Assembly: GCA_032718475.1 (NCBI GenBank)
Contig: JAUCBJ010004452.1
Coordinates: forward strand, 1 to 64,000
DNA from: Nemertoderma westbladi
Lineage: Eukaryota; Animalia; Xenacoelomorpha
DNA length: 64,000 nt
Direction of reading: 5' to 3'
Position numbers and translations under genes: made by a program. The notes beneath the pieces were generated by a model. The model searched no databases. It was not told where the DNA came from and worked only from the letters and a program-made list of their open reading frames with translations. Within the stretch, counting starts at the first letter, position 1, and each line of letters opens with the position of its first letter. Shown here piece after piece: positions 11,701-26,700 of the stretch.

Positions 11701-14700
11701 TAACAATGTTAGGTATGGGGTTGAAACAAAACAGATTATGAAAGAATTCGAACAATGTTGGGTATGGGGTTGAAACAAAACAGATTATGTAAGAATTGTA
11801 ACAATGCTGGGTATGGGGTTGAAACAAAACAGAGTATGTTAGAAATGTAACAATGTTAGGTATGGGGTTGAAACAAAACAGAGTATGAAAGAATTCGAAC
11901 AATGTTGGGTACGGGGTTGAAATAAAACAGAGTATGTTAGAAATGTAACAATGTTAGGTATGGGGTTGAAACAAAACAGAGCATGCAAGAATTGTAACAA
12001 TGTTGGGTATGGGGTTGAAATAAAACAGAGTATGCAAGAATTGGAACAATGTTTGGTATGGGGTTGAAACAAAACAGATTATGAAAGAATTCGAACAATG
12101 TTGGGTACGGGGTTGAAATAAAACAGAGTATGTAAGAATTGTAACAATGCTGGGTATGGGGTTGAAACAAAACAGAGTATGTTAGAAATGTAACAATGTT
12201 AGGTATGGGGTTGAAACAAAACAGAGTATGAAAGAATTCGAACAATGTTGGGTACGGGGTTGAAATAAAACAGAGTATGTTAGAAATGTAACAATGTTAG
12301 GTATGGGGTTGAAACAAAACAGATTATGAAAGAATTCGAACAATGTTGGGTATGGGGTTGAAACAAAACAGATTATGTAAGAATTGTAACAATGCTGGGT
12401 ATGGGGTTGAAACAAAACAGAGTATGTAAGAATTGTAACAATGTTGGGTATGGGGTTGAAACAAAACAGATTATGAAAGAATTCGAACAATGTTGGGTAC
12501 GGGGTTGAAATAAAACAGAGTATGCAAGAATTGGAACAATGTTTGGTATGGGGTTGAAACAAAACAGAGTATGTTAGAAATGTAACAATGTTAGGTATGG
12601 GGTTGAAACAAAACAGAGTATGTTAGAAATGTAACAATGTTAGGTATGGGGTTGAAACAAAACAGATTATGTAAGAATTGGAAGAATGTTGGGTACGGGG
12701 TTGAAATAAAACAGAGTATGTTAGAAATGTAACAATGTTAGGTATGGGGTTGAAACAAAACAGAGTATGTTAGAAATGTAACAATGTTAGGTATGGGGTT
12801 GAAACAAAACAGAGTATGTTAGAAATGTAACAATGTTAGGTATGGGGTTGAAACAAAACAGAGTATGTTAGAAATGTAACAATGTTAGGTATGGGGTTGA
12901 AACAAAACAGATTATGTAAGAATTGGAAGAATGTTGGGTACGGGGTTGAAATAAAACAGAGTATGTTAGAAATGTAACAATGTTAGGTATGGGGTTGAAA
13001 CAAAACAGAGTATGTTAGAAATGTAACAATGTTAGGTATGGGGTTGAAACAAAACAGATTATGTAAGAATTGGAAGAATGTTGGGTACGGGGTTGAAATA
13101 AAACAGAGTATGTTAGAAATGTAACAATGTTAGGTATGGGGTTGAAACAAAACAGAGTATGTTAGAAATGTAACAATGTTAGGTATGGGGTTGAAACAAA
13201 ACAGAGTATGTTAGAAATGTAACAATGTTAGGTATGGGGTTGAAACAAAACAGAGTATGTTAGAAATGTAACAATGTTAGGTATGGGGTTGAAACAAAAC
13301 AGAGTATGTTAGAAATGTAACAATGTTAGGTATGGGGTTGAAACAAAACAGATTATGTAAGAATTGGAAGAATGTTGGGTACGGGGTTGAAATAAAACAG
13401 AGTATGTTAGAAATGTAACAATGTTAGGTATGGGGTTGAAACAAAACAGAGTATGTTAGAAATGTAACAATGTTAGGTATGGGGTTGAAACAAAACAGAG
13501 TATGTTAGAAATGTAACAATGTTAGGTATGGGGTTGAAACAAAACAGAGTATGAAAGAATTCGAACAATGTTGGGTACGGGGTTGAAATAAAACAGAGTA
13601 TGTTAGAAATGTAACAATGTTAGGTATGGGGTTGAAACAAAACAGATTATGAAAGAATTCGAACAATGTTGGGTATGGGGTTGAAACAAAACAGATTATG
13701 TAAGAATTGTAACAATGCTGGGTATGGGGTTGAAACAAAACAGATTATGAAAGAATTCGAATAATGTTGGGTATGGGGTTGAAACAAAACAGAGTATGTA
13801 AGAATTGGAACATTGTTGGGTATGGGGTTGAAACAAAACGGAGTATGTAAGAATTGGAACAATGTTTGGTATGGGGTTGAAACAAAACAGATTATGAAAG
13901 AATTCGAACAATGTTGGGTACGGGGTTGAAATAAAACAGAGTATGTAAGAATTGTAACAATGCTGGGTATGGGGTTGAAACAAAACAGAGTATGTAAGAA
14001 TTGGAACATTGTTGGGTATGGGGTTGAAACAAAACGGAGTATGTAAGAATTGGAACATTGTTGGGTATGGGGTTGAAACAAAACGGAGTATGTAAGAATT
14101 GGAACAATGTTTGGTATGGGGTTGAAACAAAACACATTATGAAAGAATTCGAACAATGTTGGGTACGGGGTTGAAATAAAACAGAGTATGTAAGAATTGT
14201 AACAATGCTGGGTATGGGGTTGAAACAAAACAGAGTATGTAAGAATTGGAACATTGTTGGGTATGGGGTTGAAACAAAACGGAGTATGTAAGAATTGGAA
14301 CATTGTTGGGTATGGGGTTGAAACAAAACGGAGTATGTAAGAATTGGAACAATGTTAGGTATGGGGTTGAAACAAAACAGATTATGAAAGAATTCGAACA
14401 ATGTTGGGTACGGGGTTGAAATAAAACAGAGTATGTAAGAATTGTAACAATGCTGGGTATGGGGTTGAAACAAAACAGAGTATGTAAGAATTGGAACATT
14501 GTTGGGTATGGGGTTGAAACAAAACGGAGTATGTAAGAATTGGAACAATGTTTGGTATGGGGTTGAAACAAAACAGATTATGAAAGAATTGGAAGAATGT
14601 TGGGTACGGGGTTGAAACAAAACAGAGTATGCAAGAATTGGAACAATGTTGGGTATGGGGTTGAAACAAAACAGAGTATGTAAGAATTGGAACAATGCTG

Positions 14701-17700
14701 GGTATGGGGTTGAAACAAAACAGATTATGAAAGAATTGGAATAATGTTGGGTATGGGGTTGAAACAAAACAGAGTATGTAAGAATTGGAACATTGTTGGG
14801 TATGGGGTTGAAACAAAACGGAGTATGTAAGAATTGGAACAATGTTTGGTATGGGGTTGAAACAAAACAGATTATGAAAGAATTCGAACAATGTTGGGTA
14901 CGGGGTTGAAACAAAACAGAGTATGTAAGAATTGGAACATTGTTGGGTATGGGGTTGAAACAAAACAGAGTATGTAAGAATTGGAACATTGTTGGGTATG
15001 GGGTTGAAACAAAACGGAGTATGTAAGAATTGGAACAATGTTTGGTATGGGGTTGAAACAAAACAGATTATGAAAGAATTGGAACAATGTTGGGTATGGC
15101 GTTGAAATAAAACAGAGTATGTAAGAATTGGAACATTGCTGGGAAAGGGGTTGAAACAAAACAGAGTATGTAAGAATTGGAATAATGTTGGGTATGGGGT
15201 GGAAACAAAACAGAGTATGAAAGAATTCGAACAATGTTGGGTACGGGGTTGAAATAAAACAGAGTATGTAAGAATTGTAACAATGCTGGGTATGGGGTTG
15301 AAACAAAACAGAGTATGTAAGAATTGGAACATTGTTGGGTATGGGGTTGAAACAAAACGGAGTATGTAAGAATTGGAACAATGTTTGGTATGGGGTTGAA
15401 ACAAAACAGATTATGAAAGAATTCGAACAATGTTGGGTACGGGGTTGAAATAAAACAGAGTATGTAAGAATTGTAACAATGCTGGGTATGGGGTTGAAAC
15501 AAAACAGAGTATGTAAGAATTGGAACATTGTTGGGTATGGGGTTGAAACAAAACGGAGTATGTAAGAATTGGAACAATGTTTGGTATGGGGTTGAAACAA
15601 AACAGATTATGAAAGAATTGGAACAATGTTGGGTATGGCGTTGAAATAAAACAGAGTATGTAAGAATTGGAACATTGCTGGGAAAGGGGTTGAAACAAAA
15701 CAGAGTATGTTAGAAATGTAACAATGTTAGGTATGGGGTTGAAACAAAACAGATTATGAAAGAATTCGAACAATGTTGGGTACGGGGTTGAAATAAAACA
15801 GAGTATGTAAGAATTGTAACAATGCTGGGTATGGGGTTGAAACAAAACAGAGTATGTAAGAATTGGAACATTGTTGGGTATGGGGTTGAAACAAAACGGA
15901 GTATGTAAGAATTGGAACAATGTTTGGTATGGGGTTGAAACAAAACAGATTATGAAAGAATTGGAACAATGTTGGGTATGGCGTTGAAATAAAACAGAGT
16001 ATGTAAGAATTGGAACATTGCTGGGAAAGGGGTTGAAACAAAACAGAGTATGTAAGAATTGGAATAATGTTGGGTATGGGGTGGAAACAAAACAGAGTAT
16101 GTAAGAATTGGAACAATGTTGGGTATGGGGTTGAAACAAAACAGAGTATGTAAGAATTGGAACAATGCTGGGTATGAGGTTGAAACAAATCAGAGTATGT
16201 AAGGATTGGAACAATGTTGGGTATGGGGTTGAAACAAATCAGGGTATGTAAGAATTGGAACAATGTTGGGTATGGGGTTGAAACAAATTAGAGTATGTAA
16301 GAATTGGAACAATGTTGGGTATGGGGTTGAAACAAAACAGAGTATGTAAGAATTGGAACAATGTTTGGTATGGGGTTGAAACAAAACAGAGTATGTAAGA
16401 ATTGGAACAATGCTGGGAATGGGGTTGAAACAAATCAGAGTATGTAAGGATTGGAACAATGTTGGGTATGGGGTTGAAACAAATCAGAGTATGTAAGGAT
16501 TGGAACAATGTTGGGTATGGGGTTGAAACAAATCAGAGTATGTAAGAATTGGAACAATGTTGGGTATGGGGTTGAAACAAATTAGAGTATGTAAGAATTG
16601 GAACAATGTTGGGTATGGGGTTGAAACAAAACAGAGTATGTAAGAATGGAACAATGTTGGGTATGGGATTGAAACAAATCAGAGTATGTAACAATTGGAA
16701 CAATGTTTGGTATGGGGTTAAAACAAAACAGAGTATGTAAGAATTGGAACAATGTTGGGTATGGGGTTGAAACAAAACGGAGTATGTAAGAATTGGAACA
16801 ATGTTTGGTATGGGGTTGAAACAAAACAGATTATGAAAGAATTGGAACAATGTTGGGTATGGCGTTGAAATAAAACAGAGTATGTAAGAATTGGAACATT
16901 GCTGGGAAAGGGGTTGAAACAAAACAGAGTATGTAAGAATTGGAATAATGTTGGGTATGGGGTGGAAACAAAACAGAGTATGTAAGAATTGGAACAATGT
17001 TGGGTATGGGGTTGAAACAAAACAGAGTATGTAAGAATTGGAACAATGCTGGGTATGGGGTTGAAACAAATCAGAGTATGTAAGGATTGGAACAATGTTG
17101 GGTATGGGGTTGAAACAAATCAGGGTATGTAAGAATTGGAACAATGTTGGGTATGGGGTTGAAACAAATTAGAGTATGTAAGAATTGGAACAATGTTGGG
17201 TATGGGGTTGAAACAAAACAGAGTATGTAAGAATTGGAACAATGCTGGGAATGGGGTTGAAACAAATCAGAGTATGTAAGGATTGGAACAATGTTGGGTA
17301 TGGGGTTGAAACAAATCAGAGTATGTAAGGATTGGAACAATGTTGGGTATGGGGTTGAAACAAATCAGAGTATGTAAGAATTGGAACAATGTTGGGTATG
17401 GGGTTGAAACAAATTAGAGTATGTAAGAATTGGAACAATGTTGGGTATGGGGTTGAAACAAAACATAGTATGTAAGAATGGAACAATGTTGGGTATGGGA
17501 TTGAAACAAATCAGAGTATGTAACAATTGGAACAATGTTTGGTATGGGGTTAAAACAAAACAGACTATGTAAGAATTGGAACAATGTTGGGTATGGGGTT
17601 GAAACAAAATATATTATGTAAGAATGGAACAATGTTGGGTATGAGGTTGAAACAAAACATAGTATGTAAGAATGGAACAATGTTGGGTATGGGGTTGAAA

Positions 17701-20700
17701 CAAAACATAGTATGTAAGAATGGAACAATATTTGTTATGGGGTTGAAACAAAACAGAGTATGTAAGAATTGTAACAATGTTGGGTATGGGGTTGAAACAA
17801 AATATATTATGTAAGAATGGAACTATGTTGGGTATGGGGTTGAAACAAAACATAGTATGTAAGAACTGGAACAATGTTTTGTATGGGGTTGAAACAAAAC
17901 AGAGTATGTAAGAATGGAACAATGTTGGGTATGGGATTGAAACAAATCAGAGTATGTAACAATTGGAACAATGTTTGGTATGGGGTTAAAACAAAACAGA
18001 CTATGTAAGAATTGGAACAATGTTGGGTATGGGGTTGAAACAAAATATATTATGTAAGAATGGAACAATGTTGGGTATGAGGTTGAAACAAAACATAGTA
18101 TGTAAGAATGGAACAATGTTGGGTATGGGGTTGAAACAAAACATAGTATGTAAGAATGGAACAATATTTGTTATGGGGTTGAAACAAAACAGAGTATGTA
18201 AGAATGGAACAATGTTGGGTATGGGATTGAAACAAATCAGAGTATGTAACAATTGGAACAATGTTTGGTATGGGGTTAAAACAAAACAGACTATGTAAGA
18301 ATTGGAACAATGTTGGGTATGGGGTTGAAACAAAATATATTATGTAAGAATGGAACAATGTTGGGTATGAGGTTGAAACAAAACATAGTATGTAAGAATG
18401 GAACAATGTTGGGTATGGGGTTGAAACAAAACATAGTATGTAAGAATGGAACAATATTTGTTATGGGGTTGAAACAAAACAGAGTATGTAAGAATTGTAA
18501 CAATGTTGGGTATGGGGTTGAAACAAATTATATTATGTAAGAATGGAACTATGTTGGGTATGGGGTTGAAACAAAACATAGTATGTAAGAATTGGAACAA
18601 TGTTGGGTATGGGATTGAAACAAATCAGAGTATGTAAGAATTGGAACAATGTTTGGTATGGGGTTAAAACAAAACAGACTATGTAAGAATTGGAACAATG
18701 TTGGGTATGGGGTTGAAACAAAATATATTATGTAAGAATGGAACAATGTTGGGTATGGGGTTGAAACAAAACAGAGTATGTAAGAATGGAACAATGTTGG
18801 GTATGGGATTGAAACAAATCAGAGTATGTAACAATTGGAACAATGTTTGGTATGGGGTTAAAACAAAACAGACTATGTAAGAATTGGAACAATGTTGGGT
18901 ATGGGGTTGAAACAAAATATATTATGTAAGAATGGAACAATGTTGGGTATGAGGTTGAAACAAAACATAGTATGTAAGAATGGAACAATGTTGGGTATGG
19001 GGTTGAAACAAAACATAGTATGTAAGAATGGAACAATATTTGTTATGGGGTTGAAACAAAACAGAGTATGTAAGAATTGTAACAATGTTGGGTATGGGGT
19101 TGAAACAAAACATAGTATGTAAGAATTGGAACAATGTTGGGTATGGGATTGAAACAAATCAGAGTATGTAAGAATTGGAACAATATTTGTTATGGGGTTG
19201 AAACAAAACAGAGTATGTAAGAATTTGAACTATGTTGGGTGTGGGTTTTAAAAAGTCCTAGTATGAAAAAATGGAACAATGTTGGGTATGGGGTTGAAAC
19301 AAACCAGAGTATGTAAGAATTGGAACAATGTTGGGTATGGGATTGAAACAAATCAGAGTATGTAAGAATTGGAACAATATTTGTTATGGGGTTGAAACAA
19401 AACAGAGTATGTAAGAATTTGAACAATGTTGGGTGTGGGTTTTAAAAAGACATAGTATGAAAAAATGGAACAATGTTGGGTATGGGGTTGAAACAAACCA
19501 GAGTATGTAAGAATGGAACAATATTTGTTATGGGGTTGAAACAAAACAGAGTATGTAAGAATTGGAACAATGTTGGGTATGGGGTTGAAACAAAATATAT
19601 TATGTAAGAATGGAACAATGTTGGGTATGAGGTTGAAACAAAACATAGTATGTAAGAATGGAACAATGTTGGGTATGGGGTTGAAACAAAACATAGTATG
19701 TAAGAATGGAACAATATTTGTTATGGGGTTGAAACAAAACAGAGTATGTAAGAATTGGAACAATGTTGGGTATGGGGTTGAAACAAAATATATTATGTAA
19801 GAATGGAACTATGTTGGGTATGGGGTTGAAACAAAACATAGTATGTAAGAATTGGAACAATGTTGGGTATGGGATTGAAACAAATCAGAGTATGTAAGAA
19901 TTGGAACAATATTTGTTATGGGGTTGAAACAAAACAGAGTATGTAAGAATTTGAACAATGTTGGGTGTGGGTTTTAAAAAGACATAGTATGAAAAAATGG
20001 AACAATGTTGGGTATGGGGTTGAAACAAACCAGAGTATGTAAGAATTGGAATAATTTTGGGTATGAGGTTGAAACAAAACAGTGTATGTAAGAATTTGAA
20101 TAATGTTTGGTATGGGGTTAAAACAAAACAGAGTACCCCATGTAAGAATTGGAATAATGTTGGGTATGGGGTTGAAACAATACAGAGTATGTAAGAATTG
20201 GAACAATATTTGATATGGGGTTGAAACAAAACAGAGTATGTAAGAATTGGAACAATGTTGGGTATGGGGTTGAAACAAAATATATTATGTAAGAATGGAA
20301 CAATGTTGAGTATGGGGTTGAAACAAAACATAGTATGTAAGAATGGAACAATATTTGTTATGGGGTTGAAACAAAACAGAGTATGTAAGAATTGGAACAA
20401 TGTTGGGTATGGGGTTGAAACAAAATATATTATGTAAGAATGGAACAATGTTGGGTATGGGGTTGAAACAAATCAGATTATGAAAGAATTGGAACAACGT
20501 TGGGTATGGGGTTGAAACAAATCAGATTATGAAAGAATTGGAACAATGTTGGGTATGGGGTTGAAACAAATCAGAGTATGTAAGAATTGGAACAATGTTT
20601 GGTATGGGGTTGAAACAAAACAGAGTATGTAAGAATTGGAACAATGTTGGGTATGGGGTTGAAACAAAACAGAGTATGTAAGAATTGGAACAATGTTTGG

Positions 20701-23700
20701 TATGGGGTTGAAACAAAACAGATTATGAAAGAATTGGAACAATGTTGGGTATGGCGTTGAAATAAAACAGAGTATGTAAGAATTGGAACAATGCTGGGAA
20801 TGGGGTTGAAACAAAACAGAGTATGTAAGAATTTGAACAATGTTGGGTGTGGGTTTTAAAAAGACATAGTATGAAAAAATGGAACAATGTTGGGTATGGG
20901 GTTGAAACAAACCAGAGTATGTAAGAATGGAACAATATTTGTTATGGGGTTGAAACAAAACAGAGTATGTAAGAATTGGAACAATGTTGGGTATGGGGTT
21001 GAAACAAAATATATTATGTAAGAATGGAACAATGTTGGGTATGAGGTTGAAACAAAACATAGTATGTAAGAATGGAACAATGTTGGGTATGGGGTTGAAA
21101 CAAAACATAGTATGTAAGAATGGAACAATATTTGTTATGGGGTTGAAACAAAACAGAGTATGTAAGAATTGGAACAATGTTGGGTATGGGGTTGAAACAA
21201 AATATATTATGTAAGAATGGAACTATGTTGGGTATGGGGTTGAAACAAAACATAGTATGTAAGAATTGGAACAATGTTGGGTATGGGATTGAAACAAATC
21301 AGAGTATGTAAGAATTGGAACAATATTTGTTATGGGGTTGAAACAAAACAGAGTATGTAAGAATTTGAACAATGTTGGGTGTGGGTTTTAAAAAGACATA
21401 GTATGAAAAAATGGAACAATGTTGGGTATGGGGTTGAAACAAACCAGAGTATGTAAGAATTGGAATAATTTTGGGTATGAGGTTGAAACAAAACAGTGTA
21501 TGTAAGAATTTGAATAATGTTTGGTATGGGGTTAAAACAAAACAGAGTACCCCATGTAAGAATTGGAATAATGTTGGGTATGGGGTTGAAACAATACAGA
21601 GTATGTAAGAATTGGAACAATATTTGATATGGGGTTGAAACAAAACAGAGTATGTAAGAATTGGAACAATGTTGGGTATGGGGTTGAAACAAAATATATT
21701 ATGTAAGAATGGAACAATGTTGAGTATGGGGTTGAAACAAAACATAGTATGTAAGAATGGAACAATATTTGTTATGGGGTTGAAACAAAACAGAGTATGT
21801 AAGAATTGGAACAATGTTGGGTATGGGGTTGAAACAAAATATATTATGTAAGAATGGAACAATGTTGGGTATGGGGTTGAAACAAATCAGATTATGAAAG
21901 AATTGGAACAACGTTGGGTATGGGGTTGAAACAAATCAGATTATGAAAGAATTGGAACAATGTTGGGTATGGGGTTGAAACAAATCAGAGTATGTAAGAA
22001 TTGGAACAATGTTTGGTATGGGGTTGAAACAAAACAGAGTATGTAAGAATTGGAACAATGTTGGGTATGGGGTTGAAACAAAACAGAGTATGTAAGAATT
22101 GGAACAATGTTTGGTATGGGGTTGAAACAAAACAGATTATGAAAGAATTGGAACAATGTTGGGTATGGCGTTGAAATAAAACAGAGTATGTAAGAATTGG
22201 AACAATGCTGGGAATGGGGTTGAAACAAAACAGAGTATGTAAGAATTGGAATAATGTTGGGTATGCGGTGGAAACAAAACAGAGTATGTAAGAATTGGAA
22301 CAATGTTGGGTATGGGGTTGAAACAAAACAGAGTATGTAAGAATTGGAACAATGCTGGGTATGGGGTTGAAACAAATCAGAGTATGTAAGGATTGGAACA
22401 ATGTTGGGTATGGGGTTGAAACAAATCAGAGTATGTAAGAATTGGAACAATGTTGGGTATGGGGTTGAAACAAATTAGAGTATGTAAGAATTGGAACAAT
22501 GTTGGGTATGGAGTTGAAACAAAACATCGTATGTAAGAATGGAACAATGTTGGGTATGGGATTGAAACAAATCAGAGTATGCAAGAATTGGAACAATATT
22601 TGTTATGGGGTTAAAACAAAACAGACTATGTAAGAATTGGAACAATGTTGGGTATGGGGTTGAAACAAAATATATTATGTAAGAATGGAACAATGTTGGG
22701 TATGGGGTTGAAACAAAACATAGTATGTAAGAATGGAACAATGTTGGGTATGGGGTTGAAACAAAACAGAGTATGTAAGAATTGGAATAATGTTGGGTAT
22801 GGGGTTGAAACAAAACATAGTATGTAAGAATGGAACAATATTTGTTATGGGGTTGAAACAAAACAGAGTATGTAATAATTGGAACAATGTTGGATATGGG
22901 GTTGAAACAAAATATATTATGTAAGAATGAAACTATGTTGGGTATGGGGTTGAAACAAAACAGAGTATGTAAGAATTGGAACAATGTTTGGTATGGGGTT
23001 GAAACAAAACAGAGTATGTAAGAATTTGAATAATGTTGGGTGTGGGTTTTAAAAAGACATAGTATGAAAAAATGGAACAATGTTGGGTATGGGGTTGAAA
23101 CAAACCAGAGTATGTAAGAATGGAACAATATTTGTTATGGGGTTGAAACAAAACAGAGTATGTAAGAATTGGAACAATGTTGGGTATGGGGTTGAAACAA
23201 AATATATTATGTAAGAATGGAACAATGTTGGGTATGAGGTTGAAACAAAACATAGTATGTAAGAATGGAACAATGTTGGGTATGGGGTTGAAACAAAACA
23301 TAGTATGTAAGAATGGAACAATGTTGGGTATGGGGTTGAAACAAATCAGAGTATGTAAGAATTTGAACAATGTTGGGTATGGGGTTGAAACAAAATATAT
23401 TATGTAAGAATGGAACTATGTTGGGTATGGGGTTGAAACAAAACATAGTATGTAAGAATTGGAACAATGTTGGGTATGGGATTGAAACAAATCAGAGTAT
23501 GTAAGAATTGGAACAATATTTGTTATGGGGTTGAAACAAAACAGAGTATGTAAGAATTTGAACAATGTTGGGTGTGGGTTTTAAAAAGACATAGTATGAA
23601 AAAATGGAACAATGTTGGGTATGGGGTTGAAACAAACCAGAGTATGTAAGAATTGGAATAATTTTGGGTATGAGGTTGAAACAAAACAGTGTATGTAAGA

Positions 23701-26700
23701 ATTTGAATAATGTTTGGTATGGGGTTAAAACAAAACAGAGTACCCCATGTAAGAATTGGAATAATGTTGGGTATGGGGTTGAAACAATACAGAGTATGTA
23801 AGAATTGGAACAATATTTGATATGGGGTTGAAACAAAACAGAGTATGTAAGAATTGGAACAATGTTGGGTATGGGGTTGAAACAAAATATATTATGTAAG
23901 AATGGAATGTTGGGTATGGGGTTGAAACAAAACAGAGTATGTAAGAATTGGAACAATGTTTGGTATGGGGTTGAAACAAAACAGAGTATGTAAGAATTTG
24001 AATAATGTTGGGTATGGGGTTGAAACAAAACAGAGTATGTAAGAATTTGAATAATGTTGGGTATGGGGTTGAAACAAAACATAGTATGTAAGAATGGAAC
24101 AATGTTGGGTATGGGATTGAAACAAATCAGAGTATGTAAGAATTGGAACAATATTTGTTATGGGGTTGAAACAAAACAGAGTATGTAAGAATTTGAACAA
24201 TGTTGGGTGGGGTTTTAAAATGACATAGTATGAAAAAATGGAACAATGTTGGGTATGGGGTTGAAACAAACCAGAGTATGTAAGAATTTGAATAATTTTG
24301 GGTATGAGGTTGAAACAAAACAGAGTATGTAAGAATTTGAATAATGTTTGGTATGGGGTTAAAAAAAATCAGAGTACCCCATGTAAGAATTGGAATAATG
24401 TTGGGTATGGGTTTGAAACAATACAGAGTATGTAAGAATTGGAACAATATTTGTTATGGGGTTGAAACAAAACAGAGTACGTAAGAATTGGAACAATGTT
24501 GGGTATGGGGTTGAAACAAAATATATTATGTAACAATGGAACAATGTTGGGTATGGGGTTGAAACAAAACATAGTATGTAAGAATGGAACAATATTTGTT
24601 ATGGGGTTGAAACAAAACAGAGTATTTAAGAATTGGAACAATGTTGGGTATGGGGTTGAAACAAAATATATTATGTAAGAATGGAACAATGTTGGGTATG
24701 GGGTTGAAACAAAACATAGTATGTAAGAATGGAACAATATTTGTTATGGGGTTGAAACAAAACAGAGTATGTAAGAATTTGAATAATGTTGGGTATGGGG
24801 TTGAAACAAAACAGAGTAGGCAAGAATCGGAACAATGTTGGGTATGGGGTTGAAACAAAACAGAGTATATAAGAATTTGAATAATGTTGGGTATGGGGTT
24901 GAAACAAAACAGAGTATGCAAGAATTGGAACAATGTTGGGTATGGGGTTGAAACAAAACAGATTGTGTAAGAATTGGAACAATGTTAAGGTATGTGGTTG
25001 AAACAAAACAGAGTATGTAAGAATTTGAATAATGTTGGGTATGGGGTTGAAACAAAACAGAGTATGCAAGAATTGGAACAATGTTAGGTATGGGGTGGAA
25101 ACAAAACAGAGTATGTAAGAATTGGAACAATGTTGGGTATGGGGTTGAAACAAAACAGAGTATGTAAGAATTGGAACAATGCTGGGTATGGGGTTGAAAC
25201 AAATTAGAGTATGTAAGAATTGGAACAATGTTGGGTATGGGGTTGAAACAAAATATATTATGTAAGAATGAAACTATGTTGGGTATGGGATTGAAACAAA
25301 TCAGAGTATGCAAGAATTGGAACAATATTTGTTATGGGGTTAAAACAAAACAGACTATGTAAGGATTGGAACAATGTTGGGTATGGGGTTGAAACAAAAT
25401 ATATTATGTAGGAATGGAACAATGTTGGGTATGGGGTTGAAACAAAACATAGTATGTAAGAATGGAACAATGTTGGGTATGGGGTTGAAACAAAACATAG
25501 TATGTAAGAATGGAACAATATTTGTTATGGGGTTGAAACAAAACAGAGTATGTAAGAATTGGAACAATGTTGGGTATGGGGTTGAAACAAAATATATTAT
25601 GTAAGAATGGAACTATGTTGGGTATGGGATTGAAACAAAACAGAGTATGTAAGAATTGGAACAATGTTTGGTATGGGGTTGAAACAAAACAGAGTATGTA
25701 AGAATTTGAATAATGTTGGGTATGGGGTTGAAACAAAATATATTATGTAAGAATGGAACTATGTTGGGTATGGGATTGAAACAAAACAGAGTATGTAAGA
25801 ATTGGAACAATGTTTGGTATGGGGTTGAAACAAAACAGAGTATGTAAGAATTTGAATAATGTTGGGTATGGGGTTGAAACAAAACACAGTATGTAAGAAT
25901 GGAACAATGTTGGGTATGGGGTTGAAACAAAACATAGTATGTAAGAATGGAACAATATTTGTTATGGGGTTGAAACAAAACAGAGTATTTAAGAATTTGA
26001 ATAATGTTGGGTATGGGGTTGAAACAAAACATCGTATGTAAGAATGGAACAATGTTGGGTATGGGATTGAAACAAATCAGAGTATGCAAGAATTGGAACA
26101 ATATTTGTTATGGGGTTAAAACAAAACAGACTATGTAAGGATTGGAACAATGTTGGGTATGGGGTTGAAACAAAATATATTATGTAGGAATGGAACAATG
26201 TTGGGTATGGGGTTGAAACAAAACATAGTATGTAAGAATGGAACAATGTTGGGTATGGGGTTGAAACAAAACAGAGTATGTAAGAATTGGAACAATGTTG
26301 GGTATGGGGTTGAAACAAAATATATTATGTAAGAATGGAACTATGTTGGGTATGGGATTGAAACAAAACAGAGTATGTAAGAATTGGAACAATGTTTGGT
26401 ATGGGGTTGAAACAAAACAGAGTATGTAAGAATTTGAATAATGTTGGGTATGGGGTTGAAACAAAACAGAGTATGTAAGAATTTGAATAATGCTGGGTAT
26501 GGGGTTGAAACAAAACAGAGTATGTAAGAATGGAACAATGTTGGGTATGGGATTGAAACAAATCAGAGTATGTAAGAATTTGAACAATGTTGGGTATGGG
26601 GTTGAAACAAAATATATTATGTAAGAATGGAACTATGTTGGGTATGGGGTTGAAACAAAACAGAGTATGTAAGAATTGGAACAATGTTTGGTATGGGGTT

